DNA of 63,850 nucleotides, counting the filler, from Candidatus Fermentibacterota bacterium (lineage in GTDB: Bacteria; JAFGKV01): the NCBI GenBank assembly GCA_016928395.1. It is 7 parts of 7 records of this genome, joined end to end, with 100 filler letters (N's around TTAATTAATTAA, not from the genome) between each part and the next. Parts side by side here need not be neighbours in the genome. Positions count along the whole stretch, not along the records: positions 40,382 to 47,051 come from JAFGKV010000013.1; positions 47,152 to 51,003 come from JAFGKV010000014.1; 5 more parts are not named here. One strand, given 5' to 3'. The position numbers and the translations under genes were made by a program. Shown here in pieces: positions 40,585 to 51,103 of the stretch (positions are counted from its first letter, which is position 1; the number at the start of each line of letters is the position of its first letter). The notes beneath the pieces were generated by a model. That model did no database searches. It was not told the origin of the DNA and saw nothing but the letters and a program-made list of their open reading frames with translations.

Positions 40585-40690
40585 GCCAACTGCCGGCCGT
40601 ACTCTCCACCTCGAAAAACCTGAGTGCTCTCGCATCCAGAGGCCCCACTGACAACGGACGACTGAGAACCGCGAGCGAAGCGACCCGAGG
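40585..40690 (+). repeat. Dispersed ~100-bp repeat family, copy 1
   Basis: GCCAACTGCCGGCCGTACTCTC..CTGAGTGC..GGCC.CACTGA shared with 47192-47296. Confidence 0.7.
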
Positions 40691-40727
40691 CCTCTCCATT
40701 GCGCCTGCTCTCTAGACAATAGTCATT

Positions 40728-41699
40728 GTGCCTCTGTCCCTGCGCTCAGAACCATCTGCTCTGGAGGCATTCGTGGTTGCCGACCATCATCATCCCCCTT
40801 CTCCCAGCCATCATCACGACGCACGGCAGGCTTCCGTCCGGCGGCTTCGCATTGCCCTAATGATCAACCTGGCGTATCTGATCGTGGAGGTCATCGGCGG
40901 GCTCCTTTCCAACAGCCTGGCTTTGCTGGCTGATGCCGGGCACATGGTGACCGATGTGGCGGCATTGGGCGTGGCGCTGGTCGCCGCCAGGCTGGCCATG
41001 CTTCCTGCCAGCCCCCGGCGGACCTTCGGTCTTCTGCGTGCCGAGGTCTTGGGCGCGTTCCTCAACGGCGCAGCCCTGGTCATTATGGTTGGGTTCATTG
41101 CATTCAAGGCAGTACAGCGCCTGGGAGCCCCTCCCGTGATTGAGGGCCCATTGATGCTGGCGGTGGCAGCCGGAGGGCTGGCGGCCAATGCTGCCGCCGC
41201 CGCGGTCCTCTTCGGCAGCCGAAAAGAGAACCTCAATGTCAGGGGGGCCTTCGCCCACATGGTTGCCGATGCTCTGGGATCGGTCGGGGCCATTGTGGCC
41301 GGAGGGGTGATCGCGCTGACGGGCTGGGTTCCCATCGACGCGGTGGCGAGCCTGATCATCGGTGCGTTGATCTTGTACAGCGGCGTGGGTCTCCTGAGGG
41401 AGAGCCTTCAGATCCTGCTTCAGGGCACGCCGGCCGACATCGATTTCGATGAAGTGCGCACCGCGCTTGCCGAGATAGAGCACGTTACCGAGGTCTACGA
41501 TCTGCACATCTGGACCATCACCTCCGGTTTCCCGGCCTTGAGCGCCCATCTCCGGCTCGAACCGGACTGCAGTGATACCGCCCACTGGCAGAGCTGCCTT
41601 GCCTTTGCCCAAAAAATGCTCAGGGAGCGTTTCGGCATCGTGCATTCCACTTTGCAGTTGGAATCACCGACTCATCAGCGCGACCAGAGGCCGGTGTAG
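40728..41699 (+). CDS. Cation diffusion facilitator, CzcD/ZitB-like Zn/Co/Cd exporter (start may be near 40773)
   Basis: His-rich N-terminus, SLALLADAGHMVTD, NVRGAFAHMVAD, DLHIWTITSG, HSTLQLE. Confidence 0.92.
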   Translation: MPLSLRSEPSALEAFVVADHHHPPSPSHHHDARQASVRRLRIALMINLAYLIVEVIGGLLSNSLALLADAGHMVTDVAALGVALVAARLAMLPASPRRTFGLLRAEVLGAFLNGAALVIMVGFIAFKAVQRLGAPPVIEGPLMLAVAAGGLAANAAAAAVLFGSRKENLNVRGAFAHMVADALGSVGAIVAGGVIALTGWVPIDAVASLIIGALILYSGVGLLRESLQILLQGTPADIDFDEVRTALAEIEHVTEVYDLHIWTITSGFPALSAHLRLEPDCSDTAHWQSCLAFAQKMLRERFGIVHSTLQLESPTHQRDQRPV

Positions 41700-41797
41700 G
41701 CTCGCTTGGCGAGCAGGGTTCAGGGTTCGGGGTTCAGTCGGGCCTCCGAGGGTGCAGGCACTCAGATCATTTGGGGTGAGAGGACGGCGCATTGCAG
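41699..41797 (-). repeat. Dispersed ~100-bp repeat family, copy 2
   Basis: First ~57 nt nearly identical to the start of 42066-42165; reverse complement aligns with 47192-47296. Confidence 0.75.
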
Positions 41798-41819
41798 GAG
41801 CGCGGTGCCGCGGCTTCCT

Positions 41820-42274
41820 TGTAGGAGCCCCGCATCCAGAGGTGCGGGGCGATACGGGTGGGGCTCACCATCAGATCGTCTACATCTTCGCGCCGTACGG
41901 CGCTCCTACAGTGTAGCCACGCCGCTCTGCGGCGCGCCCCTGTCGGGCCTGAAGGCCCTCCTACACTGCCCATGCAGCCCACGTCGCCCGCCTTCGGCTC
42001 GGGCTCGGTATCGCTATCGTTGTCGCTGTCGTAATCGTAATCGACGCGCCGGGCAGTCAAGTACGGGCTCGCTTGGCGAGCAGGGCTCAGGGTTCGGGGT
42101 TCAGTCGGGCCTCTGAGGGTGCGGAGCGCACCCAGATCTCAAGGGTCGAGTATGCGGCGCAGTGGGGGCGGCGTCACCCACGAATGCCCGACCTGCTGTT
42201 CGCGACTGACGTCGCTCCTACACTCTACGTCCACGGCGTTGTTGCCTCGTAGGGGCGACCGTCTCTGGTCGCCC
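41820..42274. repeat. Mosaic of several GTAG/CTAC REP types
   Basis: TGTAGGAGCCCCGCA..TGCGGGGC; GCGCC..GGCGCTCCTACA; GGGCCTGAAGGCCCTCCTACA; CGACTGACGTCGCTCCTACA; GTAGGGGCGACC..GGTCGCCC. Confidence 0.8.
42066..42165 (-). repeat. Dispersed ~100-bp repeat family, copy 3
   Basis: GGCTCGCTTGGCGAGCAGGGCTCAGGGTTCGGGGTTCAGTCGGGCCTCTGAGGGTGC... Confidence 0.75.
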
Positions 42275-42566
42275 GCCAGGGTGAGAGTGCGGAACATTGC
42301 AGCGATGGGGATGGTTGGATGAACGGATGGAGGGATCTCCTGAATCCTGAGTTCTGACGTGTGTATCCTGAGCTCCGCCGACTGCCGGACGTGCCCCTCC
42401 ATCCTTGACGCATGGGCACCCATTCGGCAAGTTGGGGCAGTGAGGCGACATTCGGGTTTCTCTCCAGGCATACCCGGCCTGTCATCGCCCGGATTCTCGC
42501 CCATCTCCGCTGGAGCTAGTGATTTCCCGCGTTCTTTCCCCTGTGCGTATCTCCCGGGAGGCCACC

Positions 42567-45500
42567 ATGATTCGACGTAACGGGCTTGCCCTTGCCTGCG
42601 TTCTTGCCGTCACTGCGCACGCCTACGGCGGCGTGAAGACCCTGACCCTTGACGGCACGACAGACTCTGCGACTCCATCCTTCACCGTCGTTGAACAGAC
42701 GGCCGGTTCTCTCCGCCTTCAGATGCGACTCGGCGCCCTGGACCACGAGGAGTTTGCGGTAGACGGCGAAGTATTCTCGGCCTTCACGATTCCGGGAGGC
42801 GGGATCCGCGGCGCCGACGGGCAACCGGGGCTTCCCGTGATCACCCGGCTCGTGGCTGTCCCCAGCAATGCGGCCGTCTCAGTGAAGAGCGTGACTCATA
42901 AGCAGACGGTGCTGGCCGGGTATCGGGTGTTCCCGGTGCAGCCGGATCAGGCAGCGGACTTCGTCATTGACCGGGCAGCCTACGCGCAGCCCATCGTCAA
43001 CGCACCCCCAGCGGTCGAAGTCGGCGAGCCCGCCCTGTTCCACAGCCTCCGGGTCGTACCGTTGACCTTCAGCCCGGTGACCTACGATCCCCTGCGAGAC
43101 GAGCTGACGGTATGCACCGAGATCGAGGTGAAGCTGGACTTCGGCGGCCATGACCCGCGCAACGGCTCGCCGCTGCCGCGGAGCCGCATACCCGAATCCT
43201 TTCACTTCATGTACCAGGATGTGGTGCTGAACTACGACGCGTCTATGGACCGCAGCGGCGTCGAGGTCGGCCCGGGGACGTACCTTGTGATCCACCGGGC
43301 GGTTGACGGCGTATTGACGCGGCTGCAGCCCCTCATTGATTGGCGTACCCGGCAGGGTTTCAATGTACTGGTGGCGTCGACGACGCAGACGGGGACGACG
43401 ACGACCACCATCAAGAACTACATACAGAACATCTACGATACCGCAGATCCGCCTTTGGAGTTCGTGACCCTCGCCGGTGATGCGGACGGCACGTATGCGA
43501 TACCGTGCTACAGCTACTCTGGCGGTTCGGCCGATCACCAGTACACGATGCTGGAAGGCGGGGACAACCTGGCGGACGTGCATCTGGGTCGGCTGTCGTT
43601 CAGCGATCTGAACAATCTCCAGGCCATCGTGACCAAGATCCTGACCTATGAGACAAACCCCCCGACCATCGACGCGGGCTGGTTTCGGCGCGCCAGCCTG
43701 ACCGGCGATCAGAGCACCTCAGGCATCACCTGCATCCAGGTCAACCAGTGGGTGAAGACCCAGCTCCTCCGGGAGGGCTACACCCAAATCGACACCATCT
43801 GGTCGAGCCCTTTCGTCAGCCAGATGGTCAACAGCCTTAACCAGGGGTTGACCGTGTTCGGCTATCGGGGGTATCTGGGCATGAGCGGCTTTGGTACGGG
43901 GGATGCCTCCGGCTTGACCAACGGCTTCAAGCTGCCGTTTGCCCTCATGCCTACCTGCGGCACGGGAGACTTCTCCGGATCTACCTGCCGGCCCGAAGCG
44001 TTTCTCCGCAATGCGAACGGCGGCGGCATCGGCGCGGTCGGCACCGCCACACTAAGCACCCATACCCGCTACAACAACTGCTACTACAACGGCGCCTGGG
44101 AGGGGGCCATCAACGGCGCCGATCACCGCCTCGGTTCGGCTCACACGCGGGGAAAGCTGAATCTGTACCTCAACTTCCAGTATGACGGGAGCAATGCGAT
44201 GGCCTTCTCGTGCTGGAACAACCTGATGGGAGACCCGGCGACGCCGATGTGGACGGGGTTTCCCGTGACGCAGATGGTGAGCTACCCCGCGACGCTGCCG
44301 GTGGGAGCCGCCTCGGTGCCGGTGACGGTGACGTCGGCGTTCGGGCCGGTGGAAGGGGCGTTGGTGACGCTGCATAAGGGGAGCGAAGTGCACGTGAGCG
44401 GCTACACGGACTATGCGGGCCGCATCAACCTGCCTTTGGGGGCGGTGACGGCGGGTGCGGTCTTGGTGACGGCGACGAAGCACAATCACAAACCGTATCA
44501 GGGATCGGTGACCATGGGGTCCGGCGGGACCTATGTGGGCTACGTGAACTCGACGGTGGATGACGACGGTAGTGGCGGCAGCTCGGGCAATGGCAACGGC
44601 ATAGTGAATCCTGCGGAGACCATCGAGCTGGCCGTGGCATTGCGGAACTACGGGACATCCACGGCGACCGGGGTCACGGCGACCCTGTACAGCATTGATC
44701 CGTATGTGACCATCCTCGACGGAGACGAATCCTTCGGCGATATCGGAGCGGGCGCCACGGTGTGGAGCGCGGAGGATTTCGACGTTTCAGTGGCCCCCGC
44801 GACGCCAGACGGTCACGTGCTCTCCCTTGATCTGACCGCGCAGAGCGGCTCTTCGAGCTGGACCTCGCTGATCCAGCTTCCGGTACAGAGTGCGGCGTTT
44901 GAGGCGGATCACTTCACCTGGGGCGGTGGGGGGCTGACGCCGGATCCCGGTGAATCGGGGACCTTGAGCGTTCGAATCAGCAATACCGGCAGCATCGCGG
45001 GCGCGACAGTGACCGGCGTCCTCGCCACCAGCAGCCCCTGGATCACGGTCACCGACGCCACCGGCAGCTACGGCTCCATCGCGGTGGGCGGGGCGGTGGA
45101 GAACACGGCGAATCCCTTTGCCCTGAGCATCGCGCCGGATTGCGTGAAAGGGCATCAGGCCTCGTTTACCCTGACGCTGACGTTCAATGGGCAGGCCCAG
45201 GATATTGTGGAGTTTACCTATCCCATCGGGACCACGGCGACGACCGATCCGACGGGACCGGATGCATACGGCTACTATGCGTTCGACAACACCGATACGG
45301 GCTACCTGTATGCGCCGACCTATAGCTGGGTGGAGATCGATCCGAACTACGGCGGCCCGGGCGCCGATGTCGGACTTACTGATTTTGGGTATCAGCAAGA
45401 CCACACGAAGGTGATGACGTTGCCCTTCACGTTCCGGTTCTACGGGGAGGACTACACGCAGATCAGTATCTGCTCCAACGGCTGGGTCGCCATGGGGCAG

Positions 45501-47051
45501 TCCTACCTGAAGCTTCTCATGAACCAGATCCTGCCCGGGTCCGGTTCGCCGGAGGCGGCGATCTGCGCGTTCTGGGATGATCTGTACCAGAGCGGCACCA
45601 ACAGGGTGTACTACTGGCACGACACGGCGAATCACCGCTATGTGATCCAGTGGAGCCGCATGAAGAACTACATCGACAGTTCACCCAGCCAGACGCAGAA
45701 CGTCGAGGCGATCCTCCATGATCCGGTCTACTACCCGACACCGACGGGCGACGGCGAGATCTTGTTCCAATACCAGACGGTGAACAATAGCGACTATCGA
45801 AACGGATACGCGACCGTCGGCATCCAGAACCAGGATCACACGGATGGGCTGCTGTACACCTATGCGAACAGCTACACAACGGGCTCAGCCAGCCTGACCG
45901 CCGGCCGTGCGATCCGCATCCTGCCCATCGGCTCGCTAACCATCGGCACGCTGCAAGGCGACGTCACCAATGCGAGCAACGGAGGGACGCCGATACCGGG
46001 GGTCACGATCCGGGCGATAGAGACGAATCAGACCATGGTCACCGGTGGCGACGGTCACTATACCGGTTCCCTGCAGGAAGGCACGTATACGATTCGGGCG
46101 GAGCATCCCAGCTTCGCCCTAGAGACCGTGGGGGGAGTGGCCATCGTGGAAGACGAGACCACGACGGTGAACTTCTCGCTGACGGATGTGGCGGGGCCAG
46201 CAATCAGCGCGACGACGGTGCTGCCGACTACCGACGACACGACAGGCCCGTATGTGGTGGAGACGACCATCACGGATTACTCTTCCATCACGGGAAAGCA
46301 TCTGTACTACACGATCAATGGGGGTTCGGCTCAGGAGGCTGCGCTGGCGGTCATCAGCCCCACGACAGGCCTGCACCGTGCGGAGATACCGGGGCAGCCG
46401 CTGAACACCCAGGTCGAGTACTGGGTGGAGGCGCAGGACATAGCCGCCAACACGAGCCGTGATCCTTCGTCGGGCACCTATGGGTTTGGCGTTTTGGCTT
46501 CGGTGGTCATCGCCTCTCACGACATGGAGAGCGACCAGGGGTGGACAGTGGGCGCCACGGGCGATGATGCCACATCAGGCATCTGGGTGCGGTGTGATCC
46601 CAACGGCGTGTGGAATAGCAGCGTGGAGGTGCAGCCGGAAGATGATGCCACCCCCGATCCGGGAGTCATGTGCTTCATCACGGGCAATGATCCGCCCGGA
46701 TCGACCCAGGGCGCCGACGATGTAGACAATGGCACGACGACCTTGTTGAGCCCATGGTTTGACCTGTCACAGTATGTCGGAGTCGTCCTCAACTACCGGC
46801 GGTGGTATACCAACGATACGGGCTCCTCGCCTGGGTTGGACTACTGGGTGGTGCAAGTGACTGCCGACGGCTCGACATGGGTGACCCTGGAGAATACGGC
46901 GGCCAGCGACCGCAGTTGGGCGCTGAAGACGTATGCATTGGACGAGTACATTGCCCTGAGCAATACCGTGCGATTGCGTTTCGTCGCGTCCGACGTCTCG
47001 CCGGGCTCCGTCGTGGAAGCCGGTGTAGACGACGTGATGCTGACCGGCTTC
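42567..47051 (+). CDS. Peptidase C25 (gingipain-like) multidomain secreted protein, 3' cut by linker
   Basis: Signal peptide, C25 propeptide (GQPGLPVITRLVAVP), catalytic domain (FVTLAGD, DVHLGRL, CGTGDF, NLMGDP), Ig-like domains, GPDAYGYYAFD module, carboxypeptidase-regulatory-like domain. Confidence 0.88.
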
Positions 47052-47191
47052 NNNNNNNNNNNNNNNNNNNNNNNNNNNNNNNNNNNNNNNNNNNNTTAAT
47101 TAATTAANNNNNNNNNNNNNNNNNNNNNNNNNNNNNNNNNNNNNNNNNNNNGGTGAGAAGTGAGGAGAAAGGAGTGGGCTGAGAGCCGAGA

Positions 47192-47296
47192 GCCAACTGC
47201 CGGCTGTACTCTCAACCCTGAGAATTCTGAGTGCGCCCCGCGACCTCAGCGGCCGCACTGAACCCTGAACCCTATGCCCTGCTCGTAAGGCGAGCC
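47192..47296 (+). repeat. Dispersed ~100-bp repeat family, copy 4
   Basis: GCCAACTGCCGGCTGTACTCTC..CTGAGTGC..CACTGAACCCTGAACCC..CCCTGCTCG..GCGAGCC. Confidence 0.75.
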
Positions 47297-47329
47297 GAAC
47301 CCTGTGCCCTGCTCGCGGAGCGAGCTGCC

Positions 47330-50300
47330 TCAATCCCGTGGGCATGCCGGGGGAGTCCATACCATCTCGGACGCGCGAAAAACCTCCTCGGCGTCGGCTA
47401 ACAGGGCGCGGCCACGCTCCTTGTCGCCGTGGGTGCATTCAAAAACGCCCCATGCACGAAGCGCCCACCCGCGCTCTGACTCGATGCCTGCGTGCGCGAT
47501 GGTTTCCAGGCTCCGCCTGAAACACCACCGTGCATCGCGCCTCACTCCGTCGATCTCCAGAGGACGCTCAAGACTCCCAGCGATCAGGCCCGCGGTGCGC
47601 CACGCAATGCCTTCAACCTCCGGCCCACCCTCCCGGGCGGCACGTAGCGCTTCAGTCACGGCCACGCATGCCTCGACGGGACGACCCAGGCCCAGCAGCG
47701 CCTCCGCCAGGAATGCATAGGTCTCACCCAGAGCATACCAGGCGGGGTCGGCACCGCTGAGCGCTTCTCGGAGATCCTCCTCGGCCAGCGCGAACTCCCC
47801 CATCCCGACCCGAGCTCCTCCCAGGTTGCTGCGGTAGAGGCGCTCTCCGTGGTGAAAACTTAGCTCTCGGGCCTCCTTGACGGCCCGCTCAAACCAGGTC
47901 ACCGCCTGGGCGAAATCGCCCATGACCCGCGCCGTTTCTCCCAGATTGCTGAACGCAGTGAGCATTCTGAGGCGGGCCTTGCGGCGTTGCGACGCGGCCA
48001 AAGACTCCTCGAACCGGCGCACCGCCTCTCGGCAGTGACCAGTGCTCAGTTCAACGGCACCCAGCAAATTGGCGGCGTAGCTGATCTCCTGGTCATCACC
48101 AAGGCGCATCGCCAGATCGAGGCTTGCCAGCCCAAGCGACCGGGCCTCGTCGAATCTGCCCAACCAGCGGCATCCCCAGCCCCGAACGCTCAACGCCCGG
48201 ATGCGCTGCGGGCGTCCGGCCTGCCCGGCGCCTTCGGTCAGGGACAGTGCGGCATCCGCGCAGGCGATCACCCCCTCATAGTCGGCCCGGGGAGTCTTCG
48301 TCTCGGCCAGCAGATTCAATGCCCGTGCCTGACCGATCGCGTCACCCTGCGCGGCGGCAATGTGTATGACGGTGTCGCAGGCTTCGGCGGCATCCTCGTA
48401 CTTCTCGGTCGCGAAGAGCGACTCTCCAAGCCCTTCGTGCCAGAGGCGCCTGAAGGTGATGGTCTCTTCGTCGGCGGCGTCTCCCAACAGCTCGAGGGCC
48501 TTCTGATAGTGCGCAACCGCGGCGGCGGGGGCCGTCTTGCTCGCCGCGTCGCCTGCCTTTGCGAACCACAGCGCTGCCTCGCGGGACATGCCGGCATTCG
48601 CATAGTGATCAGCCACGACCGGAGCCCACTCCGCTGCGCGGTCCCCCAGCTTTGCCAGGAGCCATTCTGCCGCCTTGGCGTGCAGAACGCGGCGAGTCCT
48701 CTTGAGCGTACATTCATACACCACATCGCGGAGCAGCACATGCTTGAAGCGGAACTCGCGTTCCGCAGGAACCTGGGATACCGGGTGAGCAACTATCAGA
48801 TCCCGGCCTTGAAGCAGATCCCACTGTGTCGTGGGTACCGAGGCCCCGCGTAGATGGGCCACGCCGCCCGACCAGAAGATCCTGCCGACGACTCCCGCGC
48901 ACTCCAGCGTCGTTCTCTCGGGGGCGCCAAGCCTCTCCAGCCTCGCCTGCAGGACGGCCTGCACCGTTGTTGGAATCACCAATTCCTCCGGAGCGTCCTC
49001 GGCAGCTTCGTATCCGTCGGGCCCCGAGGTCACGACTCCTTGCTCGATGAGCCAACGGGCAAGTTCCTCCGTGAAGTACGGATTTCCCTCTCCCCGCTGC
49101 ACCAGGAGTCCCAGAAGCCAGGCAGGAAGTCGTCGCTTTCCTGCCAGAAGCGCCACGGCCAGCGTCTGGGCCGCCTCTGCGGGCAGGGGCGACACGTCGA
49201 TTCTCCTATGAAGAGCCTTCCCCTGGGCAGACCCCTCTCCCCATACGGGGAAGCGCTCCCACAACATCGGCCGCGTCGCGGCCACGGCGCAGAGCGGCCC
49301 GGGTGGGGGATCCGACAGGAGTGCCGAGAGCATCTCCAGCGACTGATCATCGGCCCAGTGGAGGTCCTCCAGAAGCAGGACCACCGGCCCGCGCTGTGCC
49401 AGCGCAGCGAAGTAGCGGCGAAGCAGCACCTCGGCGCGACCTCGGATCTGCCGAGCGTCGGCGACGTTAGCCAGATCCGATGCGCCGCCGAAGTCAATGC
49501 CGACCAGATGGCCGACCACCGCGGCCGCCTCCTCGCCCTGTGCGCCCAGACCGTCGCAGAACATCCTCTTCAGCTTCGTGCACGCGACGTGCAGTGGTTC
49601 ATCGTCGCCAATGTCGCAACGGGAGGCTATGATATCACGAAGCACGAAGTAGGGGGTGCGTTGCGTATGCGCCCACCCCCGGCCTTTGAAGAACCACACC
49701 CTTTCAGGATGATCCGCAAGCCACGCCTCGAGCTCCTCCACAAGGCGGCTCTTTCCGACGCCTGCGTCGCCGCAGATGGTGACCCACCGAAGGCGTCGAT
49801 GACTCGCTGCCAAGGTGAACGCCTCCTGCAACGCCGCCAGTTCTCGTTCGCGGCCTATGGTCGGCGCCTCAAAGCCAGACTCATGCCGCACGGCGTGAAA
49901 TGACCGCGGTCGTGAGCTGACGACGCGGAAGGCCTCCACCGGTTCACTCTTTCCCTTCAGGGCCAATGTGCCGCGGGCTTCACACCCGAACAGACCGCTG
50001 ACGTGCGCGTAGGTACCGCTTCCGATGAGCACCGTATCCGACTCCGCCGCCGTCTGGAGCCGGGACGCCGTGTTCACGGTATCCCCGACTACCGTGACAT
50101 CTTCGCCCCCTCCTCGCCTGTCCAGAAGCACCACCCCCGTACTGATGCCGACCCTGACTGCCGGCCGGGGATCGGTCGCGCGTCTGAGCTGTGCCTGCAA
50201 CCCGCGCACCGCGTCGACAATCTCCAGCCCCGCCCGCACCGCATTGGCGGGTGCATCCTCGCTGTCTTCCCCGATGCCGAAAACCGCCATGACCGCATCG

Positions 50301-50620
50301 CCGATATACTTCTCCACGTGACCGCCGAACCGCCTGATGGCGCCCGAGCAGCGAGAGAAGTAGGCTTTCATGAGATCCTTGACGTCTTCAGGATCCACGG
50401 TACTGGAGAGAGCTGTGAACCCCACCAGGTCGGCGAACAGCACCGTGACCAGAGCGCGACGTTCCTCTTGTTCGGCGGGCCGGCCAGCCAGCTTGCCCAG
50501 AACCGCGGCAATCATCGCGTCCACCATCTCATCGCCCAGATGGGGGCGCTGGGCTTCCAGGGCGTCAACCGCTTTGGTCAGCGCATCATTGTGCCTCGAC
50601 GTGTCGGATTCACGGTTCAT
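47330..50620 (-). CDS. Class III adenylate/guanylate cyclase - STAND (AAA_16) NTPase - TPR protein
   Basis: VLFADLVGFT, KYIGDAVMAVFG, GDTVNTASRLQ; IGRERE, Walker A GDAGVGKS, Walker B LLLEDLHWAD, GNPYF; C-terminal TPR-like repeats. Confidence 0.93.
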   Translation of the reverse strand: MNRESDTSRHNDALTKAVDALEAQRPHLGDEMVDAMIAAVLGKLAGRPAEQEERRALVTVLFADLVGFTALSSTVDPEDVKDLMKAYFSRCSGAIRRFGGHVEKYIGDAVMAVFGIGEDSEDAPANAVRAGLEIVDAVRGLQAQLRRATDPRPAVRVGISTGVVLLDRRGGGEDVTVVGDTVNTASRLQTAAESDTVLIGSGTYAHVSGLFGCEARGTLALKGKSEPVEAFRVVSSRPRSFHAVRHESGFEAPTIGRERELAALQEAFTLAASHRRLRWVTICGDAGVGKSRLVEELEAWLADHPERVWFFKGRGWAHTQRTPYFVLRDIIASRCDIGDDEPLHVACTKLKRMFCDGLGAQGEEAAAVVGHLVGIDFGGASDLANVADARQIRGRAEVLLRRYFAALAQRGPVVLLLEDLHWADDQSLEMLSALLSDPPPGPLCAVAATRPMLWERFPVWGEGSAQGKALHRRIDVSPLPAEAAQTLAVALLAGKRRLPAWLLGLLVQRGEGNPYFTEELARWLIEQGVVTSGPDGYEAAEDAPEELVIPTTVQAVLQARLERLGAPERTTLECAGVVGRIFWSGGVAHLRGASVPTTQWDLLQGRDLIVAHPVSQVPAEREFRFKHVLLRDVVYECTLKRTRRVLHAKAAEWLLAKLGDRAAEWAPVVADHYANAGMSREAALWFAKAGDAASKTAPAAAVAHYQKALELLGDAADEETITFRRLWHEGLGESLFATEKYEDAAEACDTVIHIAAAQGDAIGQARALNLLAETKTPRADYEGVIACADAALSLTEGAGQAGRPQRIRALSVRGWGCRWLGRFDEARSLGLASLDLAMRLGDDQEISYAANLLGAVELSTGHCREAVRRFEESLAASQRRKARLRMLTAFSNLGETARVMGDFAQAVTWFERAVKEARELSFHHGERLYRSNLGGARVGMGEFALAEEDLREALSGADPAWYALGETYAFLAEALLGLGRPVEACVAVTEALRAAREGGPEVEGIAWRTAGLIAGSLERPLEIDGVRRDARWCFRRSLETIAHAGIESERGWALRAWGVFECTHGDKERGRALLADAEEVFRASEMVWTPPACPRD

Positions 50621-50848
50621 GGGTCGTTCGGCTCCCCTGTCGATACAAGAATGAGGAGACTGGGACACACTGGATGCAATCCAAGCAAAGCAGGCGACCC
50701 CGATCGGACAAGGTGCCATCCTGCCTCACTCCCGGTGTTGGCTTTAGTATGGTAAGGATTCCATCACCGTGCCGCCTGCACACCCCGCGGCTCGCCATAC
50801 CCCCGGGTGTCTCACCGGCGCAGGTTCGCAGAGCTATGGAGGTACCGC

Positions 50849-51003
50849 ATGAAGAACCGATTGCTCTTCCTTGGATTGCTCATCCCGTGTCTGATGCCCA
50901 CTGGCGCCCCCGCCGGGTCGGGAGCGCCCGAGTCCCCCTCGTACCGTAACGGTATTCAGGCCGGCGCGCTTGAGTTGCTCTGGCGGGAGTACTCGGTGAA
51001 GTA
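50849..51003 (+). CDS. N-terminus of a putative secreted protein (cut by linker)
   Basis: GGAGG RBS and MKNRLLFLGLLIPCLM signal-like peptide. Confidence 0.5.
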
Positions 51004-51103
51004 NNNNNNNNNNNNNNNNNNNNNNNNNNNNNNNNNNNNNNNNNNNNTTAATTAATTAANNNNNNNNNNNNNNNNNNNNNNNNNNNNNNNNNNNNNNNNN
51101 NNN

